From Deltaproteobacteria bacterium TL4 (GTDB lineage: Bacteria > SAR324 > NAC60-12): a stretch of 41,928 nt of DNA. Shown here one piece after another: positions 19,116 to 27,409 of the stretch; the first letter of the stretch is position 1; the number at the start of each line of letters is the position of its first letter. Both the position numbers and the translations under genes were made by a program. The notes under the pieces are model-generated. The model worked only from the letters and a program-made list of their open reading frames with translations. It made no database searches and was not told the DNA's origin. The stretch lies in assembly GCA_051382335.1 (NCBI GenBank), contig JBBCAX010000037.1:1-41928 (forward strand), read 5' to 3'.

Positions 19116-19442
19116 ATGATTAAAATCAAAATTAAAAATTCTTTATGTATTGTGCAATTATTGCAGAACTTCACCGCTGATGATGTGCACGAAGTTATTG
19201 AAGTCATTGAGGGAAAACAAATCAATAGACTCCTTTTAGATATGGGAATGTTGGAGATGTTAACCTCTTCAGCGATTGGTTTGTTGATTGGTTTATTCAA
19301 TAACCTCGTAGAAATTAAAATCAAAATGGGTGTGACGGGACTCAATGATAACAATTTGCATTTGTTCTCTCTTTCAAAGTTAGATGTACTGTTCAGCATT
19401 TATGAAACCGTTCAACATGGAATTGACGATTTGAAGACCTGA
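19116..19442 (+). CDS. STAS-domain anti-sigma factor antagonist (RsbV/SpoIIAA-like)
   Basis: 108 aa; LLLDM..LEMLTSSAIG.LI (phospho-Ser region) and LF.LSKLD.LF.IYET. Confidence 0.85.
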   Translation: MIKIKIKNSLCIVQLLQNFTADDVHEVIEVIEGKQINRLLLDMGMLEMLTSSAIGLLIGLFNNLVEIKIKMGVTGLNDNNLHLFSLSKLDVLFSIYETVQHGIDDLKT

Positions 19443-19500
19443 GTCGTTTACTGGCCTTAAGCTTGGCCCACACATTGATCCTCATATCTCAAAAAATGTA

Positions 19501-22500
19501 ATGTCCGATTTGGTTCGCTTTGACCACATCTTTCCCTATGTTCTTCCTCCGCTTCTGACAATCTTATTTTGTTTGTTATTGATTGCCTTCACCTTATTTG
19601 CGGGTAAAGATAACCAGGAGAACCGCACTTTTGCGCTCATTTGTATTTTACAACTCATTTACAGTGGAACCGCACTTTTGGGCATGGTCCTCGTTTCGCC
19701 CACACTTTGGCTTCACTTTGTCCGTATTGGACACCTGGTCTTCATCTTCTCACTTCCAGTCGCGGTACAGTTCACTCACCAAGTCATTGGAGTCAAAAAC
19801 CGCAAGGGATTGGAGTGGTTTCTTTACGTGGTTATTATCGCATTCATTCCTGTAACTCATACAGAAAATTATATTCAAGAATGGCAAGAATTTTCCTTCG
19901 GCTTTTATATCAAGGGGGGGTGGGCTTTATCCTTGATCGGAGCACTCGGGTTGGTCATCACCCTTTACTGTGTCTATTGTTTAAAGCAAACCTGGAAACA
20001 ATCGCCTCCCGCATACAAACATAAATTCGCGTTTATCCTGGGCGGTGTGATCTTGGGCTGGCTGCTGCATCTGGCTAATATTTTGCCAGCTTCAGGGGTG
20101 GACTTTTATCCGATCGCCCACTTTGGATTCCTGCCTTTAGGAATCATTTCTTATGGACTATGGAAATATGAACTGTTGGATCTTCGCAACACCTTGATGC
20201 AGCAAGACGTTTGGCGAAAGTTTTTTTCATTGGAAACATTAAAATCGAGTGTTTACTTAAGAAAACGTTTTGAAAGCAATGTTTTTACTTTTCTGCTCAT
20301 CTCAGGCTATATCTCCCTGTTATTCATATGTATGTGGGCCCTGGACGGGTATCCTGGTGAAAAAATCTTAACACGTATCGTCCCTTACGGTATTCCTCCT
20401 CTGCTGATATTGTTAGGCTGTCTTTTCCTCTCTCTCCTCGCCTTACGAGGTCAGCAACAACAGCGAGAACCTCAGATTTTTAGCCTGATTTGCCTGATTT
20501 ATAGCTTTTACAGTTGTGCCGTTTTCCTGAATAGCATTGTTCAAGAAGCAGCTGTCGCTCTCAAATTAGTACGTTGGTATCATTTCTTCCTGCCCTTTCA
20601 ACTAGCTCTGGGATGGCATCTCGCTTATCTCTTTGCAGGAAAGAAGAATCGGTGGATCTTGGTTTACCTGGCGTACCTCTTCTGTGCTGCTATTGCACCC
20701 CTAACGCAGAGTGAATTCTACATTGTGGATGTTGTTAGTCACCAATGGGGTTTCTTTGGAAGAACCGGAGACTTGTATAATATCATCTTCTTTCTTGCCA
20801 TCATTTGGGGATGCTACCCCTTTTGGCTGTTTTTCAAGGCTCACCGACAAAATGAAAACCCTTTAATTCAACGTCGAATACGATACCTCGCTTTAGGCTT
20901 TGGAAGCGCCAGTTTCCTGTTATTCCTGAACATGACCGCTGTTAACGATCTGGATCTTTATCCTCCGGGAAATTTTGCGTTCATCCCCATTTTCTACATG
21001 GCCTATGGAATTTTTAAAGACAATCATCAGGAAATGACTCAGTTGATTCGAAAACTACTCTATGGGGCAGGCCTTCTCTTCATGATTTGGGGGATGGCGC
21101 TGGTTCTTCATTTAGAACTTTTTCGAGCAACTACGATTGTTGGATATTTCAAAGAACTCTTGTTGATCCTTAGTATTTTTTATGGTGCAAATGCCGCGTG
21201 GAAATTGTTGCTGGAACTGTATTTCGGACAATCCGGTTCAAGAATACTCAATAAAATACTCGGGAAAATTATGGATGAACTTTCCCATTCCCGCCATTTT
21301 TTGGAAATTTATCAGGTGATTACATCCCACCTATTCGAAACCCTGCTTGCCTCACGCTGTGACATGATTTTCTATGATGACCGTGGTCAAAAATTTTCTG
21401 GATGGCAAGGCGATAACCGTCGTTATGGATTTTTTTCCGCTCAGGCGTATATTCCTCAACGTAAAGAGGTCTCTATCTTCATCAATGCGAATCATCCCGT
21501 ATTGCAACTTTTTAAACCGCAACATGAAAATATTTCAAGAGTTCGAATTGAAGAATGGATTGTCGAGGAAAAACTCGAACCAGATTCCGATGATTTTCTT
21601 CGCATGGCAGAATGGATTCATCCTATTTTTTCCAAAGACAAGTTAACGTGCCTGCTCTTGATCGGAGATAAAATTGATGGTTCCAGTTATTCGAAACGGG
21701 AAGAATACTTCATGCATCAGCTTGGCTTGCTGTTAAGCCCTCATATCGACAATGCGGCCTTGTTACAAAAGCTGGAATTTGAAGTTCACGACCGAACTCA
21801 GCATCTCAATAACGCGTTAGAAGAATTAAAGAAAAAAGATATGATGCTTCAGGACGAACTCGAAATTGCCTCAAAAATTCAAAAAGGTATTTTGCCTACG
21901 CCACCGTTAACCTATAAGGGGATTCAAATTGATACCTATTATCAGGCGATGGGAAAAGTTAGCGGTGATTTCTATGACTTTCTGCCAATGGAAGATGGAA
22001 GCGTCTACGTTCTCATTGCAGATGCCATGGGGCATGGCGTTCCCGCCGCATTTATTACTATTATTGCAAAAATGGAATTTAACGAGATTGTTCGACAGCA
22101 ATCCTCTCCAAAAACGATCATCAGACAAATGAATCGAATTATTGGAACTCTGGTTAAAACACATGAATATCTGACGGCGTTCTTATTAAAAATCGATCCA
22201 GATTTTCAGGTTGTTTACAGCAATGCCTCTCATCCGCAAGCGATTGTCTTGCGTAAATCAAGCAGAACTTTTGAGTACTGGGACACAAATGGACTATTTA
22301 TCGGTGCGCTTGTGGATGAACAGGTAGGCTACATTTATGAAGAAAAAAGAAACAAATTACACACGGGAGACCGTGTTTTTATGTATACCGATGGACTGAT
22401 CGAAGCACGGAATTCTCAAACGAAGGACTACTGGGGGGAAGAACGCCTGGAAAAGTTTCTGCAAACAACCTTCGACCTTTCCTTAAATGAAATAAAACCC

Positions 22501-22584
22501 TTATTGATTGAAAGCTTAACGCATTTTACGGGAGCTACACTCTCAGAGGATGATGTAACCTTCATCATCCTTGAAATCCCATAA
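19501..22584 (+). CDS. Membrane PP2C/SpoIIE phosphatase with two tandem 7TM sensor domains and a GAF-like region
   Basis: C-terminal SGDFYDF, IADAMGHG, YTDGLIE and DDVT motifs intact. The N-terminal ~500 aa are two similar multi-TM modules. GAF-like LLIGDK.DG..YS..E…L segment and coiled coil precede the phosphatase. Confidence 0.88.
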   Translation: MSDLVRFDHIFPYVLPPLLTILFCLLLIAFTLFAGKDNQENRTFALICILQLIYSGTALLGMVLVSPTLWLHFVRIGHLVFIFSLPVAVQFTHQVIGVKNRKGLEWFLYVVIIAFIPVTHTENYIQEWQEFSFGFYIKGGWALSLIGALGLVITLYCVYCLKQTWKQSPPAYKHKFAFILGGVILGWLLHLANILPASGVDFYPIAHFGFLPLGIISYGLWKYELLDLRNTLMQQDVWRKFFSLETLKSSVYLRKRFESNVFTFLLISGYISLLFICMWALDGYPGEKILTRIVPYGIPPLLILLGCLFLSLLALRGQQQQREPQIFSLICLIYSFYSCAVFLNSIVQEAAVALKLVRWYHFFLPFQLALGWHLAYLFAGKKNRWILVYLAYLFCAAIAPLTQSEFYIVDVVSHQWGFFGRTGDLYNIIFFLAIIWGCYPFWLFFKAHRQNENPLIQRRIRYLALGFGSASFLLFLNMTAVNDLDLYPPGNFAFIPIFYMAYGIFKDNHQEMTQLIRKLLYGAGLLFMIWGMALVLHLELFRATTIVGYFKELLLILSIFYGANAAWKLLLELYFGQSGSRILNKILGKIMDELSHSRHFLEIYQVITSHLFETLLASRCDMIFYDDRGQKFSGWQGDNRRYGFFSAQAYIPQRKEVSIFINANHPVLQLFKPQHENISRVRIEEWIVEEKLEPDSDDFLRMAEWIHPIFSKDKLTCLLLIGDKIDGSSYSKREEYFMHQLGLLLSPHIDNAALLQKLEFEVHDRTQHLNNALEELKKKDMMLQDELEIASKIQKGILPTPPLTYKGIQIDTYYQAMGKVSGDFYDFLPMEDGSVYVLIADAMGHGVPAAFITIIAKMEFNEIVRQQSSPKTIIRQMNRIIGTLVKTHEYLTAFLLKIDPDFQVVYSNASHPQAIVLRKSSRTFEYWDTNGLFIGALVDEQVGYIYEEKRNKLHTGDRVFMYTDGLIEARNSQTKDYWGEERLEKFLQTTFDLSLNEIKPLLIESLTHFTGATLSEDDVTFIILEIP

Positions 22585-22587
22585 ACC

Positions 22588-22914
22588 TTAAATTTTGTCA
22601 CTTCCAACGCGAAAAGGTTCCATTTTCATGGCAATTCCGCCTTTTTTCACCCAGATTTTTGCCATTTCCAAAGTGACGCCATCACGGTTCAAGCTCGGAA
22701 GTTCTTTAGCGTACATAATATCTTCCTGACGGAACTCGTAAATGATGCTATCTTGTTCCAGTGGCTGGGTGATTAAAAGCACCATGCTTGGATTGTAATG
22801 AAGTCTTAATGAACCTGAAAAAGTAATGGCTTTTTCTTCCAAGTCTTTGATGTTTCCCTGATAGATTTCAATTTCATAAAACTGTCCTATTCCAAGGAGT
22901 TTGATACTCGACAT
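22588..22914 (-). CDS. Small conserved hypothetical protein (family often auto-annotated as inorganic pyrophosphatase Ppa)
   Basis: FSGS.R.H, YEFR..DI.Y..ELP and IWVKKG pattern recognised from memory; lacks the family I PPase DxDPxD motif. Confidence 0.6.
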   Translation of the reverse strand: MSSIKLLGIGQFYEIEIYQGNIKDLEEKAITFSGSLRLHYNPSMVLLITQPLEQDSIIYEFRQEDIMYAKELPSLNRDGVTLEMAKIWVKKGGIAMKMEPFRVGSDKI

Positions 22915-23122
22915 GACTCTTCCCCTATTGCGGTTGGTAATTTACTCTAGTTTTTGTTAACTTTAAATTCATTACCAAGAACACACAGGAACATACAAGC
23001 ATTTTTTAAGTCAACCACTTGGGACAAGCGGAAGCATCCTCTGTTTTACAGCAAACCTTTGGTGCAGACACCTCCCCAAAATTTGTTTTGTGTGTTCTTG
23101 GCTAATTTACAAAAAAAACAAA

Positions 23123-24169
23123 TTACTTTGCGTTTTCAGGGCGTAAGGGGCGTAACGCTTTTCCTGCCTGCCACATCTCCTGCTTGCTCATGGCCTCCAG
23201 TTCTTTTTCCAATTGAGCCCGATAATCGGATTTAGAATTAGATTCGATAGAAATTCTGGCTTCTTCTCCACTGAGTACATTTTGATAACAGTCTTCAATC
23301 ACCGGCTTCAAGACTTTATGAAATTTCGGAGCCCAATCTAACGCACCTCGTTGAGCCGTTGTGGAACAATTGGCAAACATCCAGTCCATTCCCTTTTGGG
23401 AAACCAAAGGATAAAGACTTTGTAACGCTTCTTCAATAGTTTCGTTGTAAGCCTCGGAAGGCGAATGTCCATGTGCTCTCAAAACTTCGTATTGAGCAAG
23501 AAACGCACCTTGAATTAAGCCCATGAGGACACATCGTTCCCCAGTCAGATCACTATGAACTTCTTTTTGGAAGGTTGTTTCAAACAAATGTCCTGAGCCA
23601 ATGGCAAACGCGGTTGCCACACATCGCTCTTTTGCCCGACCGGTCGCATTTTGATGAATGGCCCACGAGGCGTTGATGCCTCTACCCGCCTCAAAATGGG
23701 TTCTTACGGTCAGTCCACTCCCTTTAGGCGCCACTAAAATCACATCAACATTGGTTGGCGGAACAATTTGAGTTTGATCATGAAAAACAACACCAAAACC
23801 ATGTGAAAAATAAAGCGCATTCCCCGCCTCAAGATTGGCTTTTACCGTTGGCCACATCGCGATCTGTGCCGCATCTGAAAGTAAGTACTGAATAATCGTT
23901 CCCCGCTTTGCAGCCTCTTCAATTTCAAAAAGATTTTTTCCTGCAACCCAGCCGTCAGCAAGAGCTTTATCCCAACTTTTTCCTTTTCGTAGACCAATTA
24001 TGACCTTGAATCCCTGATCCCGCATGTTCAATCCCTGCCCACGTCCTTGAGGACCATATCCCAAAATTGCGGTAACTTCATCTTTGAGAATGTCTTTGCA
24101 TTGCTCAATGGGGTAATCGGAGCGTTCAATAATTGTTTCTTTGTGTCCGTTGATTTCTATTTCTTTCAT
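23123..24169 (-). CDS. ilvC: Ketol-acid reductoisomerase (Bacteroidota/fungal Ilv5-like type); likely start ATG at 24169
   Basis: ILGYGPQGRGQGLNMRD, LLSDAAQ, FSHGF, VAPKGSG, SDLTGER and CSTTAQRGALDW. AGGA RBS precedes MKEIEING; the 27 extra residues in the ORF track look non-coding. Confidence 0.95.
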   Translation of the reverse strand: MKEIEINGHKETIIERSDYPIEQCKDILKDEVTAILGYGPQGRGQGLNMRDQGFKVIIGLRKGKSWDKALADGWVAGKNLFEIEEAAKRGTIIQYLLSDAAQIAMWPTVKANLEAGNALYFSHGFGVVFHDQTQIVPPTNVDVILVAPKGSGLTVRTHFEAGRGINASWAIHQNATGRAKERCVATAFAIGSGHLFETTFQKEVHSDLTGERCVLMGLIQGAFLAQYEVLRAHGHSPSEAYNETIEEALQSLYPLVSQKGMDWMFANCSTTAQRGALDWAPKFHKVLKPVIEDCYQNVLSGEEARISIESNSKSDYRAQLEKELEAMSKQEMWQAGKALRPLRPENAK

Positions 24170-24282
24170 GGATTTCTTCCTTTTTTTAGAACAATGATTA
24201 TGGGACCCCTCCCTCCAAGGAACACGGGAGACAAGCCTTGTTTGATTCATGGATTTGGCCTGATACGCTTTTCAGAGACCGT

Positions 24283-24311
24283 AGGATAATGGAAGCTGGG
24301 ATAAGGTTCAA
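24283..24311 (-). promoter_or_regulatory. Candidate sigma-70 promoter of ilvC
   Basis: TTGAAC-N17-TATCCT on the minus strand, about 115 bp upstream of the start. Confidence 0.45.
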
Positions 24312-24403
24312 GTGGAATGTCGACACAAAAACAACTGCCTGTTTAAAATAGTGTTGGCATACGCAAAAAAATTTGTTATTGTGGATGTAGTCACAAAAAG
24401 TTC

Positions 24404-24432
24404 TTGACATTTAAGAGGGATGATGCTTTGTT
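24404..24432 (+). promoter_or_regulatory. Candidate promoter of rho-rpmE-prfA
   Basis: Perfect TTGACA, then after 17 bp a weak -10 (TTTGTT) preceded by TGn. Confidence 0.3.
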
Positions 24433-24663
24433 AGAGGGCACCCGGGTGTTTCCAACTTGGTGCATAAAGGCATTATCTACACGCCGGATACCTGCCAGAT
24501 CTTCTTGAAATTTCCAGCCAAGAATGAATTTGTAATTGATCTTATTTCCTAAAGATATCTACAGGAGAATTTCTAATTTTATTTCTTTTGCACGTTTCTT
24601 TTATTATGAGCGGTAGCTCGCTCTTGTCTTTTTCGACTTTTAATACCTATCAGAAAAACTTCT

Positions 24664-26061
24664 ATGAAAACCCATACACAACCTGCGGTCCGCCGTGGAA
24701 CGCGTCCTTCCAGCTACCATAATAATGTGAACAATACTGCTCGTGAACGAGATCGTGAACGAGATCGTGAACAAGAAGTCGATTTACCACCTACCGATAG
24801 TTCGGCACCTACATTGAATTTGGTTGAGCTAAAGAAAAAAGATATCTCTGAGTTACTGAAAATTGCTCGTGAATATCACGTTGAGAACGCAAGCAGTATG
24901 CGTGTGCAAGAGTTGATTTTTGCTCTTTTACAAGCTCAAACCCGTCAGAACGGAGTCATTTATGGCTCAGGGGTTCTCGAAACCCTGCCTGATGGTTTTG
25001 GCTTTTTACGTGCACCAGACTACAATTATCTCCCAGGACCCGATGATATCTATGTCTCTCCATCTCAAATCCGTAGATTTAATCTGAGGACGGGCGATAC
25101 CATTGCGGGACAAATACGTCCTCCGAAAGAAAGTGAACGTTATTATGCTTTGCTCAAAGTCGAAGAAGTCAACTTTGAATCCCCGGAGTTGTCCATTGAA
25201 AAAATTCTTTTTGACAACCTGACTCCTCTCTATCCCAACTCTCGTTTGGCGTTAGAACGGGCTCCTGAGGAACATACCACCCGAGTGATTGATATGATCT
25301 GTCCTATCGGAAAAGGACAACGAGGATTGATCGTGGCTCCTCCGCGGACAGGGAAGACCATGATTCTTCAAACCGTAGCCAATAGCATTACAACCAATCA
25401 TCCTGATGTGGATTTGATTGTCTTGTTGATTGATGAACGTCCTGAAGAAGTCACCGACATGCAGCGGTCCGTCAAAGGCGAGGTGATCAGTTCAACCTTT
25501 GATGAGCCGGCGACACGACACGTTCAAGTGGCGGAGATGGTTTTGGAAAAGGCAAAACGTTTAGTGGAACACAAACGGGATGTCGTGATTCTCCTTGACT
25601 CGATTACTCGTTTGGCCAGAGCCTATAACTCCGTGGTACCTCCCAGTGGAAAAATTCTCTCAGGAGGAGTTGATTCCAATGCGTTGCATAAACCAAAACG
25701 ATTTTTTGGCGCGGCACGGAATGTCGAAGAAGGCGGTTCTTTAACGATTATTGCGACCGCTCTTATTGATACCGGAAGCCGGATGGATGAAGTTATTTTT
25801 GAAGAGTTTAAAGGCACAGGAAACATGGAGATCATTCTTGACAGAAAATTGGTCGAGAAACGAATCTTCCCCGCGATTGACATCAATAAATCCGCAACTC
25901 GTAAGGAAGATCTCCTCATTCCTAAAAATGATCTTGATCGCATTTGGATTTTACGTAAAGTGATTGCTCAACTCAGTGTTGTTGAAACAATGGAGTTTAT
26001 GAAAGATAAAATTGAGCAATTTAAAACCAACAAAGAATTCCTCGATATGATGGATAAATAA
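24664..26061 (+). CDS. rho: Transcription termination factor Rho
   Basis: DGFGFLR and [15 protein letters not shown]-binding domain, Walker [33 protein letters not shown] and [10 protein letters not shown]. Confidence 0.99.
   Translation: MKTHTQPAVRRGTRPSSYHNNVNNTARERDRERDREQEVDLPPTDSSAPTLNLVELKKKDISELLKIAREYHVENASSMRVQELIFALLQAQTRQNGVIYGSGVLETLPDGFGFLRAPDYNYLPGPDDIYVSPSQIRRFNLRTGDTIAGQIRPPKESERYYALLKVEEVNFESPELSIEKILFDNLTPLYPNSRLALERAPEEHTTRVIDMICPIGKGQRGLIVAPPRTGKTMILQTVANSITTNHPDVDLIVLLIDERPEEVTDMQRSVKGEVISSTFDEPATRHVQVAEMVLEKAKRLVEHKRDVVILLDSITRLARAYNSVVPPSGKILSGGVDSNALHKPKRFFGAARNVEEGGSLTIIATALIDTGSRMDEVIFEEFKGTGNMEIILDRKLVEKRIFPAIDINKSATRKEDLLIPKNDLDRIWILRKVIAQLSVVETMEFMKDKIEQFKTNKEFLDMMDK
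24741..24772 (+). repeat. 12-bp in-frame tandem repeat in the Rho N-terminal extension
   Basis: TCGTGAACGAGA x2.7, encoding [10 protein letters not shown]. Confidence 0.85.
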
Positions 26062-26080
26062 ACTAAAAGAAAGGATAATC

Positions 26081-26287
26081 ATGAAAGCAAGCATTCATCC
26101 TCAATACGGGACTACCGTGTTTACTTGTTCCTGTGGAACTATATTTGAGATTCCGTCAACCTTGGGCGACGCGGTTCATGTTGATATCTGTTCTCAATGT
26201 CACCCCTTCTTCAGCGGAAAAAAAGATAAGTTATTAGATACGGCAGGACGTATTGATAAATTCAAACGACGTTACCAGCGTGTATAA
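26081..26287 (+). CDS. rpmE: 50S ribosomal protein L31, zinc-binding (C+) type
   Basis: [18 protein letters not shown] and DTAGRIDKF. Confidence 0.97.
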   Translation: MKASIHPQYGTTVFTCSCGTIFEIPSTLGDAVHVDICSQCHPFFSGKKDKLLDTAGRIDKFKRRYQRV

Positions 26288-26290
26288 TTG

Positions 26291-27361
26291 ATGCTAGATA
26301 AATTAGCTGAGCTCAAAATTAAGTATGATCGTCTGTCCAATCTGATGAATCAGCCTGAAGTGCTTGAAGATATTCAACAATATCAGAAGTTTTCCAAGGA
26401 ACATTCAGATCTTGGCGGAATTGTCAGGGTTTATGAGATCTATCTCTCCACCCAAAAGGACTTGGAGAACAACAGGGAATTGCTCAACAACCCTGAAGAA
26501 GATTCAGAAATCAGGGAAATGGCGCAATTGGAAATTCCAGTGCTCTCCGAAAAGCTAAAGGACGTGGAGCATCAAATTCAATTGCTGCTGTTACCTAAAA
26601 ATCCTGATGATGCTCGAAATACCATTCTGGAAATCCGTGCGGGAACGGGAGGTGACGAAGCCGCTTTGTTTGCTCGGGATCTCTTCCGTATGTATGCAAA
26701 GTATGCGGAGATACAAGGGTGGAAGTTCAATATTATCAGTGAGACCCCTACCGATATCGGAGGCTTCAAAGAAATCATAGTTTCGATTGAAGGCAAGGAT
26801 GTCTACAGTCAACTGAAGTTTGAAGGCGGAGTTCATCGAGTTCAGCGAATTCCAAAAACAGAAACTCAAGGCAGGGTGCATACCTCTGCCGCGACGGTTG
26901 CCGTGATGCCGGATGTGGAAGAAATTGATATAGAAGTTAAACCGGAAGATGTTCGCGTCGATGTTTATCGTTCTTCAGGTCCCGGGGGGCAAAGTGTGAA
27001 TACTACTGATTCTGCAGTTCGATTGACTCACCTTCCCACAGGCTTGATTGTGACCTGCCAAAACGAAAAATCACAGTTAAAAAACAAAAACCAGGCGATG
27101 AAAGTCCTTCGTGCCCGATTGTACGACAAAGAGTTTGAAACACAGCATGCTGAAGCGACAGAGCAACGCCGAAGTATGGTCGGTTCTGGAGATCGTAGTG
27201 AGCGGATTCGAACTTATAACTTCCCTCAGGGCCGACTGACAGACCATCGTATCAACCTCACCTTATACCAACTTGAGGATATCTTGATGGGAAATCTGAG
27301 TGTGGTGATTGAGCCGCTCCATGCTCACCATCAGGCCGAACTCCTGAGAGGCGATTCTTAA
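26291..27361 (+). CDS. prfA: Peptide chain release factor 1
   Basis: EIRAGTGGDEA, RF1-specific PxT (PKT), GPGGQSVN and RTYNFPQGR. ATG at 26291 preferred over TTG at 26288. Confidence 0.98.
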   Translation: MLDKLAELKIKYDRLSNLMNQPEVLEDIQQYQKFSKEHSDLGGIVRVYEIYLSTQKDLENNRELLNNPEEDSEIREMAQLEIPVLSEKLKDVEHQIQLLLLPKNPDDARNTILEIRAGTGGDEAALFARDLFRMYAKYAEIQGWKFNIISETPTDIGGFKEIIVSIEGKDVYSQLKFEGGVHRVQRIPKTETQGRVHTSAATVAVMPDVEEIDIEVKPEDVRVDVYRSSGPGGQSVNTTDSAVRLTHLPTGLIVTCQNEKSQLKNKNQAMKVLRARLYDKEFETQHAEATEQRRSMVGSGDRSERIRTYNFPQGRLTDHRINLTLYQLEDILMGNLSVVIEPLHAHHQAELLRGDS

Positions 27362-27409
27362 GAATTTGCCTCATCCTGGATCCTCAGTTTTTTAGGATTT
27401 CTGAACGAC

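Noticed and set aside
24170..24250. 27-aa N-terminal extension of IlvC in the ORF track
   Set aside because: Not KARI-like; a better RBS and family-typical start lie at 24169.
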